Notes: a model not told the origin generated them from the letters alone. 64,000 bases of DNA from an uncultured delta proteobacterium (GCA_963796055.1 CAWCKH010000004.1:1408001-1472000), one strand, 5' to 3'. Positions 1 through 10,669 are shown, counted from the first letter of the stretch. Made by a program: numbers and translations.

Positions 1-216
1 CAAACAGTTCCCGGAACTACTTGCATGCTGCAAGCAAACATCTGCGATTTGAGCCCGGCGGGGCCGGACCGTCCCATCAGGTTTCGCATCTGCCATCCGC
101 GAAACACACGCGCCAGCCTGCCACGCCGCGGGCCGAGGCCAGGGTGATGCGAGCACCCACCCAGCATCCGCCGTCCTGGACTCCCAGCTCCTGGCACTTG
201 TGGACGGTCCGTTCGC

Positions 217-523
217 TCAGCGCCGGAACTGCGCCGGCGTCTTCAGTGCAAAAGGCACGGGCGTCGGCCCTGACTGCAGCTGCCCCTCGAGCGCGATCGG
301 CACGCTCCCGCCCTCCATGATGGCCTGCGCGGCGGTGAATGCGCCCGAGAAGGGGAATGGTCACCGGCAGCTCGACGGTCGCGTGGTCAATCGCCACATT
401 CGTCAGCCGGGGGGGCCTGCCCGAGGTCCGCGAACTGGAACGTCGCCGGCAAGGTGACGTCCGCGCTGCCCTCAGGGCCAGGGCCGCGAGGACGAGCAGC
501 AGGCGAGCGGGAGTCCGGGTCAT
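217..523 (-). pseudogene. Internally deleted remnant of a LEA type-2 domain lipoprotein gene
   Basis: Signal-peptide start MTRTPARLLLVLAALAL, then short blocks in changing frames (EGSADVTLPATFQFADLGQA / PPRLTNVAIDHATVELPVT / FSGAFTAAQAIMEGGSVPIALEGQLQSG...FRR*). These resemble successive parts of myxobacterial double-LEA_2 lipoproteins as recalled. Confidence 0.55.
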
Positions 524-603
524 GAAGCGTCATCACGCCTCCAACCCCCCATGGACACGACGGGAATGGTCGAGGACTGGACGCGGCCTGGGGCCGGCTG
601 CTA

Positions 604-619
604 CCTACCAGTCGGTAGG
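604..619. promoter_or_regulatory. Inverted-repeat operator, probable AibR binding site
   Basis: CCTACC-AGTC-GGTAGG, about 50 bp upstream of the TetR start codon. Confidence 0.7.
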
Positions 620-668
620 AGACTTCCGAGCCGCCCCGACCCCCGAGTGGTAACCTCGATGCACCCCC

Positions 669-1262
669 GTGAGACGCACCGACGACACCACCGCAAAGCA
701 CCGGGCCATCCTCGAGACCGCCGCGCGGCTCATCTGCAAGCAGGGCTACGAGGGCACCAGCATCCAGGAGATCGCCGATGCCTGCGGCCTCACCAAGGCG
801 GGGCTCTACCACCACATCGAGAGCAAGGAGCAGCTGCTCGTCGAGATCATGAACTACGGGATGGACGTGTTCGAGGAGCGCGTCCTCTCCGAGGTGGAGC
901 ACATCCCGGACCCGGTGGAGCGCCTCAAGGCCTGCATGGCCAGGAACATCAAGCTCGTCACCCGTGGCTGGAGCAAGGAAGTCACCATCATCCTCCACGA
1001 GCACGACACGCTCACCGGAAAAGCGCAGGCGCAGATCAACGCCCGCAAGAAGCGCTACGTCCGGTTTCTCGAGTCGTCCTTCGCCGAGGCGGTGGAGCGG
1101 CAGATGATCCGCCCGGTGGATCCGACCGTCGCCGCGTTCGCGTTCCTGGGGATGGTCCTCTGGATCTACAAGTGGTTCAAGCCGGGCGGGAAGCGCACCG
1201 ACGACGAGATCGCAGCGGGCATGGTGGATCTGCTCTTCACCGGCCTCGTGCCGCGCTCCTGA
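669..1262 (+). CDS. aibR: TetR-family regulator AibR (isovaleryl-CoA sensor)
   Basis: HTH GYEGTSIQEIADACGLTKAGLYHHI; C-terminal RGWSKEV..ILHEH and LGMVLWIYKWFKP match M. xanthus AibR as recalled; adjacent to mvaS. Confidence 0.85.
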   Translation: MRRTDDTTAKHRAILETAARLICKQGYEGTSIQEIADACGLTKAGLYHHIESKEQLLVEIMNYGMDVFEERVLSEVEHIPDPVERLKACMARNIKLVTRGWSKEVTIILHEHDTLTGKAQAQINARKKRYVRFLESSFAEAVERQMIRPVDPTVAAFAFLGMVLWIYKWFKPGGKRTDDEIAAGMVDLLFTGLVPRS

Positions 1263-1392
1263 GTCCGTTCACCACGTCTCACGGTCCTCCAGCGGTCCCG
1301 CATGCGCGGCGACCGGGACAGGCCGTACGACATCATTCACCCCGGGTGGCCGGCCTGGACCAGGAAGTCAGCCTGAGGGGAGAAGGGTAGAC

Positions 1393-2637
1393 ATGAAGAC
1401 GTCCGTGGGCATCGAGGCTCTTGCCGTGGCGCTGCCTCGTCGCACGCTTCACCTGGAGGACCTGGCGCGCGCCCGCGGAGTGGACCCGGCCAAGTTCATC
1501 GCCGGCCTCGGCGTTCGCGAGATGGCGGTCACCGATCCGGGCGAGGACACCGTCTCCCTGGCCGCCACCGCCGCGCGCCGGTTGCTGGAGAGCAACGACG
1601 TCGACCCGGCGTCGATCGGGATGCTCGCCGTCGGCACCGAGACCGGCGTGGACCACAGCAAGCCGGTGGCCTCCTTCGTCCAGGGTCTGGTCGGTCTGCC
1701 GAGGCAGATGCGGGTGTTCGACGTGCAGCACGCCTGCTACGGCGGCACGGCGGCCTTCATGGCCGCGGCGGAGTGGATCGCCTCGGGCGTCGCCGGCGGC
1801 AAGTCGGCGATCGTCATCTGCTCGGACATCGCCCGCTACGGGGTGAAGACCGCAGGCGAGCCCACCCAGGGCGCAGGCGCGGTGGCCCTCCTGGTCTCGG
1901 CGCATCCCGAGCTGTTCGCCCTCGACCTGGGGGTGGACGGAACGAGCAGCACGCACGTCTTCGACTTCTGGCGTCCGCTCGGCCGCCGTGAGGCGGTGGT
2001 GGACGGGCACTACTCGATCGACTGTTACCTCGAGGCGCTCGCCGGCGCGTACCGCGACTGGCGGACCAAGGCCGAGGCGCGGGAGATCGTCCGCCGCGGA
2101 ACGACCTCGCTGCTCAGCGAGCAGCTCGCGGCCATCGGCTACCACGTGCCGTTCTGCAAGATGGCGAAGAAGGCCCACGCCCGCCTGCGACGTTGCGACC
2201 TGGACGACGTGCTGGGCGCGTTCGACGAGGCACGGGAGGAGCGCGAGGGCGCGGCCAGCTTCGAGCGGCAGGTCGCGGCCTCCCTCACCCTCTGCGCCCG
2301 GGTGGGCAACATCTACACCGGCTCGCTCTACCTCGGGTTCGCCGGGATGCTGCACGGCGGCGCCGCGGAGCTCGCCGGCAAGCGGGTGGGCCTCTTCTCT
2401 TACGGCAGCGGCTGCGCGAGCGAGTTCTTCTCCGGGGTGGTGGGGAAGACCGCTGCCCAGCGCATCGAGCGCGCGAAGCTCCACGAGGTCATCGGGTCGC
2501 GCGAGCGGGTGACTGTCGAGGAGTACGAGCGCCTGATGGCCATCGCCCCGGAGGCGCCGCCGGACATCCCACCGGCTCCGGGCGGCTTCCGCTTCACCGG
2601 CATGAGCCATCACCGCCGCCAGTACGCCGCCGGCTGA
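1393..2637 (+). CDS. mvaS: Hydroxymethylglutaryl-CoA synthase
   Basis: Catalytic motifs GTETGVDHSK, HACYGG, YHVPF, VGNIYTGSLY, FSYGSG. Confidence 0.93.
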   Translation: MKTSVGIEALAVALPRRTLHLEDLARARGVDPAKFIAGLGVREMAVTDPGEDTVSLAATAARRLLESNDVDPASIGMLAVGTETGVDHSKPVASFVQGLVGLPRQMRVFDVQHACYGGTAAFMAAAEWIASGVAGGKSAIVICSDIARYGVKTAGEPTQGAGAVALLVSAHPELFALDLGVDGTSSTHVFDFWRPLGRREAVVDGHYSIDCYLEALAGAYRDWRTKAEAREIVRRGTTSLLSEQLAAIGYHVPFCKMAKKAHARLRRCDLDDVLGAFDEAREEREGAASFERQVAASLTLCARVGNIYTGSLYLGFAGMLHGGAAELAGKRVGLFSYGSGCASEFFSGVVGKTAAQRIERAKLHEVIGSRERVTVEEYERLMAIAPEAPPDIPPAPGGFRFTGMSHHRRQYAAG

Positions 2638-2863
2638 GGCCCCAGGGGCGCGGAACGCCGGGCGTCACCAGCGAGACCTCGCCCGTCGCTAGCACGTGGG
2701 GTTGGCCCGGAACCGCCGGCCGGGTGCTCGAAGATGGCACACCGGATCCCGATGACGGACGCGCCGTCCCGGCGAGCCGTGGCTCGCTGCAGAGCCGAGG
2801 CGTTTCGCCGGGCATGCGTGTTGCTGAACGCGCTCGCGCGGCCCGCACTCCCGCGAGGGCACC

Positions 2864-4051
2864 ATGCGACGAATCGACGCAGCGACCGGAATCCTTCTTC
2901 CTCTCCTCCTCGTTGCCGCCAGCGCGGCCCGCGCGGACGAGGTGAGACCGTGGGCGCGCCGGAACGTCGCGATCGTGGTCTACGACGACGTGGAGATCCT
3001 CGACTTCGCCGGTCCGATGGAGGTCTTCACCGCTGCCGGCAACGGAGCCTTCCGGGTCTTCACCGTGGCGGCCAGCCACGACCCGGTGGTGAGCATGGGC
3101 GTCCTCACCATCCGTCCGAACCACTCCATCGAGGACAGCCCGACGCCGGACATCCTGGTGCTTCCGGGCGGAGACTCGCGCGGATTCACCCGCAGCGCCG
3201 CCGGAATGGCCTGGGTGCGAAAGGTGGCCGCGCGCAACGAGCTCAACATGTCGGTCTGCAGCGGGGCGTTCATCCTCGCTCAGCTCGGGTTCCTCGACGG
3301 CCGCGCGGCCACCACCCACTGGGCCGCGGTCCCGCGGATGAAGAGCGCCTTCCCCAGGGTGCAGCTGCAGACCGGCGTCCGTTTCGTGGACACCGGCCGC
3401 ATCGTCACCACCGCCGGGGTCTCCGCGGGCATCGATGGGGCCCTGCACGTGGTGCAGCGGCTCCTCGGCGACGACGTCGCCTGGGAGACCGCCCGGTACA
3501 TGCAGTACCTCTGGGAGCCGGAGGAGTCGGCGAAGCTGCCCCGCTCGGCCAAGGAAGCCCTGCGGGCCCTGGTCTTCCAGGAAACCGCCCTCGCCAACCG
3601 GCTGCTCATCGCCGCCGTGGCCGCCAGCCCGAAGGATCCGCTCCTGGCCTCCCGCCTCGGGCGAGCGCAGCTCCTCGCCGGCCGCTCGAAGGAAGGCCTG
3701 GCCACCCTGGAGAAGGCGGTCGGGCTCGGGGATGGCTCGCCGCTCACCTTGTCCGCACTGGCCGATGCGCAGCTCGCGGTCGATGCACCGGGTGCTGCCG
3801 CCGCCACCTTCGAGAAGCTGGTCGCCGTCCGAGGTGCGCCGGAAGACGCCTACGGACTGGCCTGCGCCCGGGCCCGGCTGGGTCAGCGAGAGCAGGCGCT
3901 CGCGGCGCTGGAGCGGGCGGTCCAGCTCGGTCTGGCTCCGCGCCTCGTCGAGAACGCCCGGGCGGACGCCAATCTCTCATCGCTTCGCGACGACGTGCGA
4001 TTCGCGCAGATCATCGCCCGGAGCAAGACGACGACCCGTCCGAGGCACTGA
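2864..4051 (+). CDS. Exported DJ-1/PfpI-family protein with C-terminal TPR-like helical region
   Basis: Signal peptide (LLPLLLVAASAARA); VEILDFAGPMEVF, SVCSGA, ATTHW, TTAGVSAGID; C-terminal AYGLACARARLG TPR-like end. Confidence 0.8.
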   Translation: MRRIDAATGILLPLLLVAASAARADEVRPWARRNVAIVVYDDVEILDFAGPMEVFTAAGNGAFRVFTVAASHDPVVSMGVLTIRPNHSIEDSPTPDILVLPGGDSRGFTRSAAGMAWVRKVAARNELNMSVCSGAFILAQLGFLDGRAATTHWAAVPRMKSAFPRVQLQTGVRFVDTGRIVTTAGVSAGIDGALHVVQRLLGDDVAWETARYMQYLWEPEESAKLPRSAKEALRALVFQETALANRLLIAAVAASPKDPLLASRLGRAQLLAGRSKEGLATLEKAVGLGDGSPLTLSALADAQLAVDAPGAAAATFEKLVAVRGAPEDAYGLACARARLGQREQALAALERAVQLGLAPRLVENARADANLSSLRDDVRFAQIIARSKTTTRPRH

Positions 4052-4112
4052 GGACCCGACGTACCCCAGGTCCCGGTCCCAGCCGACCATCGAGGCAGGG
4101 CTCGAGATTCGC

Positions 4113-4364
4113 TCAGCGGTGACCGACCGGCATGGTCGCCCGGGCCCCACCGAGCTGGACCAGGAGACGGATGGCGATGACCGCCGCCGCGACCCCGAGC
4201 GCCGACCAGCTCGGCGAGGCGGACAGGCCCAGGATGCTCGCCCCGGTCCAGAACTCCAGCGCAAGCCGCATCGCCGGGTACCAGCCGTGCACCGGTGCCG
4301 CCAGCAGCGACAGGAGGCCCGCCGCGGTCACCGCCAGTGCCGCCGCGCCGAGGACGTCGCTCAT
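4113..4364 (-). CDS. Small DUF1622-like membrane protein
   Basis: Hydrophobic; LALEFWTGASIL....PSWSALG.AAAVIAIR parallels the neighbouring DUF1622 motif; ATGA overlap with the upstream gene. Confidence 0.55.
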   Translation of the reverse strand: MSDVLGAAALAVTAAGLLSLLAAPVHGWYPAMRLALEFWTGASILGLSASPSWSALGVAAAVIAIRLLVQLGGARATMPVGHR

Positions 4365-4729
4365 CCGGAGCTCTCCGGTGATCCAGCCCGCGCACGCTGC
4401 TCGTGCAGCTCGCGCGTGAGAAAGAAGTTCAGCCCGGTCCGGATGGCCGCCACCGCTGCCAGCTTGCCAATCTCCTCGAAGGTCGGCGCCACCGCCGTCC
4501 GGAGCAGGTCCGAGGCGAGCTGGAACTCGAGCCCCAGCGCCAGGAAGCGTCCCAGCCGCAGGCGCACCGCGGTGAAGGCGTCCGGCTCAGGATGGAAGGC
4601 CGTCCGCAGGAACTGAAGGAACCCGAGCACCACCCCCGAGAAGATGACCAGCGCCGCTCCGGCCTCCGCCAGACGCACCAGGAGACCGACCGCCTCGCGC
4701 AGCCACTCCTCCGGGAGGAAGTGAGACAC
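4361..4729 (-). CDS. DUF1622 domain membrane protein
   Basis: RLRLGRFLALGLEFQLASDLLRTAVAPTFEEIGKLAAVAAIRTGLNFFL; GTG start inferred. Confidence 0.85.
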   Translation of the reverse strand: MSHFLPEEWLREAVGLLVRLAEAGAALVIFSGVVLGFLQFLRTAFHPEPDAFTAVRLRLGRFLALGLEFQLASDLLRTAVAPTFEEIGKLAAVAAIRTGLNFFLTRELHEQRARAGSPESSG

Positions 4730-4743
4730 GCCCCTGTCGGCCG

Positions 4744-5244
4744 TCAGCCCTTTCGCCCGAAGAGACCGGTCAGCGTGCCGTGGGCGAGCACATGGCCGCG
4801 GATCATGAAGCGGAACTTCGCGTACGTCGTCTTCTCGTCGGCGCCCTCGAGCCGCGGCACGTCGAGCGCGAAAACCGTGAACTGGTAGCGGTGTGGCGGA
4901 TCGCCCGGGGGCGGCGCCATCCCTCCGTACGCGCTCTCGCCGTAGTCGGTGAAGCCGAGCACCGCTCCCCTGGGCGTCTTGCCCGGTGCGCCGGCACCTG
5001 CCGGCAGGCTCCGGAGCTCGGGCGGGAGGTTGAACATCACCCAGTGGGAGTAGCCCACGGTGGTCGGCGCGTCCGGGTCGTAGCAGGTGACGGCGATGCT
5101 CTTCGTCCCGGTAGGCGGCGCGTCCCACGCCAGGTCCGGGCTGCTGTTTTGCCCGCCGGCACCGGTGTGCGCGGCGCTCAGCGGGATGGGCTTGCCTTCC
5201 TGGACGACCTGGCTGTTGACCTTCAAGGGAGCGGGATTGGCCAT
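4744..5244 (-). CDS. YbhB/YbcL (PEBP, Raf kinase inhibitor-like) protein
   Basis: SPDLAW, YDPDAPT, HWVMFN, GMAPPPGDPPHRYQFTVFALD; GAGGAG RBS before ATG. Confidence 0.9.
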   Translation of the reverse strand: MANPAPLKVNSQVVQEGKPIPLSAAHTGAGGQNSSPDLAWDAPPTGTKSIAVTCYDPDAPTTVGYSHWVMFNLPPELRSLPAGAGAPGKTPRGAVLGFTDYGESAYGGMAPPPGDPPHRYQFTVFALDVPRLEGADEKTTYAKFRFMIRGHVLAHGTLTGLFGRKG

Positions 5245-5370
5245 GACGGACTCCTCCTCGCCGCCCAGGGTGTGCAGTGACGGCGTGATGCGCACGCCCC
5301 TCCGGCCGGTGCCCGCCCTGGCGCTGTGCAGCGGAGGTGGCCGTGCCACACTACGCTCCCCGACCGCCGC

Positions 5371-6465
5371 ATGCTCGTCCTCTCTCCTGCGCCGCCCGAG
5401 GTCCCCGGTCCGGACGGAGTTCCGCCCTTCGGCGCCTACGCCGGCGAGCTGGGACCGGTGGACCTGGGCCGGCTCGCGCCCCCCCACGCATTTCCGGCCT
5501 GGGCGCGGCGGGTCCGCCGCAAGCGCTGGCACTACGCGCTCTACACCACCCCCGAGGTGGTGGCGGTCATGGCCATCGCCGAGATGGGCTACGCCTCCAA
5601 CGCCTTCTTCGCCGCCCTGGACCTTCGGGAGAAGCAGCCGCTGGTCGACGTCACGCTCCTCGGCCCGCCGGCCCCGCTGAGCACCGTCTCCGACGCCATG
5701 AGCCGTGGCCTCTCGGCCGGCTTTCGCGTCCCCGGGGCCCGGTTCCGGTTCTCGCGCCCGGCGGATTCGGATCGGTACCACCACTCGGTGGAGATCTCCG
5801 CGCTCCGCCGGCCGAGGAGCGGACGGGTGAAGTTCGAGGGCGAGGCGCTGGTGAGCGGCGCTCCCCCACCGCTGGCCCTGGTGGCCCCGGTACCCGGCGG
5901 CGGCGCGACGGAGGGCGTGCTGACCTCGCGGTTGCCCCGCGACGGGGTGAACGTCACCCAGAAGTCGGTCGGGCTGCTCGCGTCCGGACGGCTCGAGGTA
6001 GGCCGCCGGCGGTACGCGCTCGACGGCGGAGTGGTGGGCCTCGACTCGACGCACGGCTTTCTCGCTCGGCACACCCGCTGGCGCTGGGCGATGGGCTGCG
6101 GGCGTCTGGACGACGGTACTCCGCTCGGGTTCAACCTGGTGGAGGGCTTCAACGCCGTGGCCGCCGGCGCCGCCGGCGAGAACGTGCTCTTCCTCGGCGA
6201 CCAGCTCGAGCCGGTGGGGCCGGCGACGTTCCGCTTCAACTCGGCCGACCCGCTCGATCTCTGGCAGGTCTCGACCGACGAAGGCTCGGTGCAGCTGACG
6301 TTCCGCCCGCTCCACGCCCACCGCGACGTGCGCGATCTCCTCGTTCTGAGGAGCCGCTTCCTCCAGCCGCTCGGGTTCTTCACCGGAAGGTTGCGTTTCC
6401 GCGGCCGAGAGCTGACCCTGGGCGAGCTGCCGGGCGTCACCGAAGATCAGGACATGCTCTGGTGA
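5371..6465 (+). CDS. DUF2804-family protein
   Basis: KRWHY, VNVTQK, LDSTHGFLARHTRWRWA, GFNLVEGFN, ENVLF, SRFLQPLG, GVTEDQDMLW C-terminus; start uncertain. Confidence 0.75.
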   Translation: MLVLSPAPPEVPGPDGVPPFGAYAGELGPVDLGRLAPPHAFPAWARRVRRKRWHYALYTTPEVVAVMAIAEMGYASNAFFAALDLREKQPLVDVTLLGPPAPLSTVSDAMSRGLSAGFRVPGARFRFSRPADSDRYHHSVEISALRRPRSGRVKFEGEALVSGAPPPLALVAPVPGGGATEGVLTSRLPRDGVNVTQKSVGLLASGRLEVGRRRYALDGGVVGLDSTHGFLARHTRWRWAMGCGRLDDGTPLGFNLVEGFNAVAAGAAGENVLFLGDQLEPVGPATFRFNSADPLDLWQVSTDEGSVQLTFRPLHAHRDVRDLLVLRSRFLQPLGFFTGRLRFRGRELTLGELPGVTEDQDMLW

Positions 6466-6496
6466 CCCGGACGCGCGCCCCGGAAGCCCGAGAGGC

Positions 6497-7564
<1,068 letters not shown>

Positions 7565-7760
7565 TCAGCTGGGAGAGGGGAACGACTTCCGGGCGCGGAC
7601 AGCGATGTGGTTCGTCTCTCCCGCCGGATGTCTCCAGGGTGAAGAACGTAGCATTTCCTGGCGCTTCACCGGAATGGGCATGTGTCGTTTGCTTGCTCGC
7701 TGATTCCCGGGCCGGCGCCCTCTTCCGTCGGGCCGGGAGAGCGGGCTAGAGCCCTCTCCC

Positions 7761-9122
7761 GTGCGACCCCGAGCCGCCGTCACCGCGATCCTCGTCCTCC
7801 TCGGCGCCACAAGCGCCCTTGCCGCCGCCGAGCCGAGCATCCCCTTCCAGGAATTCACCCTCTCCAACGGGCTCCGAGTCTTCCTCAGCGAGGATCACCG
7901 GGCTCCACAGGTCACCGTGAACGTCTGGTACCACGTGGGTGCTGCCAATCAGGAACCGGGAAAGAGCGGATTCGCCCACCTGTTCGAGCACATGATGTTC
8001 TCCGGTAGCCTGCACGTGCCGGACCCGGACAAGGTGCTCGCCGCCATCGGCGCTGGTCTCGGCGGCGCGGCCAATGGAAGCACCGACTTCAACCGGACCA
8101 ACTACTTCGAGACCGTTCCTGCCAGCCAGTTGCCCACCGCGCTGTGGATCGAGTCGGACCGGATGGGGTTCCTGTTGCCCACCCTGGACCAGAAGAAGCT
8201 CGCAACCCAGCGCGACGTGGTGAGCAACGAGCGGCGCCAGCGGATCGAGAACCAGCCCTACGGCCTCGCCTACCAGGAACTCTGTGACACGCTCTACCCC
8301 AAGCCGCATCCCTACTACCACTGCGTCATCGGGAGCATCGAGGACATCCAGGCGGCGAGCCTGGAGGACATCAAGGCCTTCTTCCGCCAGTTCTACACCC
8401 CGCGGAACGCCACCCTGGCCATCGTGGGCGACTTCGACCCGAAGGTCGCGCGGGAGCTGGTGAGCAAGTACTTCGGCGACATCCCCGGGGGACCCGACCC
8501 GAGGCGGCCCGACGTCGCGCAGCCGCGGCTGGACCGGGTGGTGGAGAAGACCGTGCCCGACCCGGTGGCCCGCATCCCCCAGCTGCAGATGGTGTGGAAC
8601 GGGGTGAAACCCTTCGCGCCCGAGGAGGCGGCGGGGGACATCCTCTCGGTGGTGCTCGGGGGCAGCAAGACCTCGCGCCTGTACCGGAGGCTGGTGGAGG
8701 AGAAGCAGCTCGCCACCGGGGTGTATGCGGCCAACGCCAGCCTCGGTCTGGGGGGGTACTTCCAGATCGTCGCCACCGCCCGCGAGGGCCACACCGTGGC
8801 CGAACTCCGGCGCGAGGTGGAGGCCGTCCTCGACGAGTTCCGGAAGACCGGCGCCACCGCCGCGGAGGTCGAGCGGGCCAAGCGCCTCACCGTGGGGGGG
8901 ATGGTCCGGTCCGTCGAGCGCGTCGCCGGAAAGGCCGACCAGCTCAATGCCTACGCCTTCTGGACCGGCGATCCCGGCTTTCTGCCCAAGGACGTGGCCC
9001 GCTACCGGGCGGTCACACCCGCCCAGGTGCTGGAGGCGGCCCGGACGCTGCTTCCCGCCGACCGGGTGCTGGTCCTGGACGTCGAACCCGCCTCGCCGGC
9101 GGCCCCGGGAGCCAGGCCATGA
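7761..9122 (+). CDS. M16 family zinc peptidase, catalytic subunit, exported
   Basis: Signal peptide; inverted zinc motif HLFEH; LWIESDRMG; YTPRNATLAIVGDF. Confidence 0.9.
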   Translation: MRPRAAVTAILVLLGATSALAAAEPSIPFQEFTLSNGLRVFLSEDHRAPQVTVNVWYHVGAANQEPGKSGFAHLFEHMMFSGSLHVPDPDKVLAAIGAGLGGAANGSTDFNRTNYFETVPASQLPTALWIESDRMGFLLPTLDQKKLATQRDVVSNERRQRIENQPYGLAYQELCDTLYPKPHPYYHCVIGSIEDIQAASLEDIKAFFRQFYTPRNATLAIVGDFDPKVARELVSKYFGDIPGGPDPRRPDVAQPRLDRVVEKTVPDPVARIPQLQMVWNGVKPFAPEEAAGDILSVVLGGSKTSRLYRRLVEEKQLATGVYAANASLGLGGYFQIVATAREGHTVAELRREVEAVLDEFRKTGATAAEVERAKRLTVGGMVRSVERVAGKADQLNAYAFWTGDPGFLPKDVARYRAVTPAQVLEAARTLLPADRVLVLDVEPASPAAPGARP

Positions 9123-10636
9123 GCCGCCCTCGTCTGGCGCCGCTGGTCCTGGTCCTCCTCGCGCTGGGGTGTGCCTCGAGCAAGCCCGCGCAGCCTTCGG
9201 CCTCCGCCTCGCCGGCCTCGCCCCCACCGGATGCCTGGCGCTACACGCAGCCCACCTCCCTCGCCGCGGTGCCTCCGTTCCGGGCGCCGGTTCCGGTGCA
9301 GCGGTCACTGCCCAACCACCTTCCGGTCCTCCTGCGCGAGAACCACGCCGTTCCGGTGGTGGTGGTCGAGCTGGCGATCAAGACCGGGGTGGATGGAGAT
9401 CCGCCCGACAAGCCCGGCCTGGCCGACTTCTTGGCCGGGGTCCTGGACGAGGGCACCAAGAGCCGCACCAACCAGCAGCTGGCCGAGCAGCTGGAAGATC
9501 TCGCGGCGTCGCTGACCGTGAGCCCCGGGCTGGACGGGATCCGCCTTCACCTGAATTGCCTGTCGGAGACGCTGCAGCCTGCGCTCGAGCTGCTGGCGGA
9601 CGTGGCGCTGAACCCGGCCTTCCGCCCGGCCGACGTCGAGCGCGTCCGGGGCATCACCCTCACCGGCCTGGAGCAGAGGCGGGGCAACCCCGGTGCGCTG
9701 GCCAGCGACGAGGTCGCCCGGATTCTCTATGGCCCGAAGCACCCCTGGGGCCAGCCGGCCGGGGGCACGGTGGAGGCGGTGAAGGCCATCCGCCGGCCGG
9801 ACCTGGTGCGGTTCCACGACACCTACTTCCGGCCGAACAACGCCCTGCTCTCGGTCTCGGGCGACTTCGAGCCGGCGACCATCCTCCCGATCCTCGCCGA
9901 GCGATTCGGGGCCTGGCGGCCGAAGGTGGTGCCGCCGTCGCGCCTGCCTCCGTTCCCGAAGGAGGGCCCGCGCATGGTCATCACCGTGGACATGCCGGAC
10001 AGCACCCAGAGCCAGCTGGCGCTCGCCACCCGGACCATCTCCGCCACCCATCCCGACGCGCTGGCGCTCAGCACCGCCAACGTCGCGCTGGGAGGCCTCT
10101 TCACCAGCCGGCTGAACCAGCAGCTCCGGGAGGTCCGCGGGTGGACCTACGGGATGTTCAGCTCGGTGGGCTTCAACAAGCGCACCGGGGCGTTCCAGGT
10201 CCGGGGCTCGGTCGTGGCCTCGCACACCGTGGACGCGCTGAAGGACATCGAGGCGGTGGCGGGGAAGTACGCCACCGGGGACATCACCGACGACGAGCTG
10301 TCCCACTCCAAGGAGGGCATCCTCCAGTCGCTCCCGCAGGCGCTGGAGACCAACGACGCGGTGGCGAGCACCTTCGTCACCCTGTCCTTGATTGGCCGTC
10401 CGCTGGACTGGTACGCCACCCTGCCGGGGCGCCTGGGAGCGCTCCCCCGGGAAGAGGTGGCGCGGGCCTCGCGCGCGTACCTGGATCCGGCGAAGCTGCC
10501 GGTGGTGGTGGTGGGACCGAAGAAGAACCTGGAGGGGCTGGCGGAGCTGAAGCTCGGACCGGTCATCGACCGCACCGCCGAGGCGAAGGGGCTCGCCCCG
10601 CGGCCGCTGCCGGCGCCCGTGCCCGCGGCTCGCTGA
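9119..10636 (+). CDS. M16 family peptidase, non-catalytic subunit, lipoprotein
   Basis: Lipobox LALGC; no HxxEH; SRLNQQLREVRGWTYG (R/Y motif); ATGA overlap with the upstream M16 gene. Confidence 0.88.
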   Translation: MSRPRLAPLVLVLLALGCASSKPAQPSASASPASPPPDAWRYTQPTSLAAVPPFRAPVPVQRSLPNHLPVLLRENHAVPVVVVELAIKTGVDGDPPDKPGLADFLAGVLDEGTKSRTNQQLAEQLEDLAASLTVSPGLDGIRLHLNCLSETLQPALELLADVALNPAFRPADVERVRGITLTGLEQRRGNPGALASDEVARILYGPKHPWGQPAGGTVEAVKAIRRPDLVRFHDTYFRPNNALLSVSGDFEPATILPILAERFGAWRPKVVPPSRLPPFPKEGPRMVITVDMPDSTQSQLALATRTISATHPDALALSTANVALGGLFTSRLNQQLREVRGWTYGMFSSVGFNKRTGAFQVRGSVVASHTVDALKDIEAVAGKYATGDITDDELSHSKEGILQSLPQALETNDAVASTFVTLSLIGRPLDWYATLPGRLGALPREEVARASRAYLDPAKLPVVVVGPKKNLEGLAELKLGPVIDRTAEAKGLAPRPLPAPVPAAR

Positions 10637-10669
10637 GCCGTCCGCTGTACGCCCTCCAGGGGGAGGAGC

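Noticed and set aside
1393..2637. HMG-CoA synthase as part of a PKS beta-branching cassette
   Set aside because: No ACP, KS or ECH genes adjacent; the aibR context indicates MvaS
7735..7760. Hairpin GGGAGA..GGGC-TAGA-GCCC-TCTCCC before the M16 start codon
   Set aside because: Such stems arise readily in GC-rich DNA; no riboswitch consensus recognised
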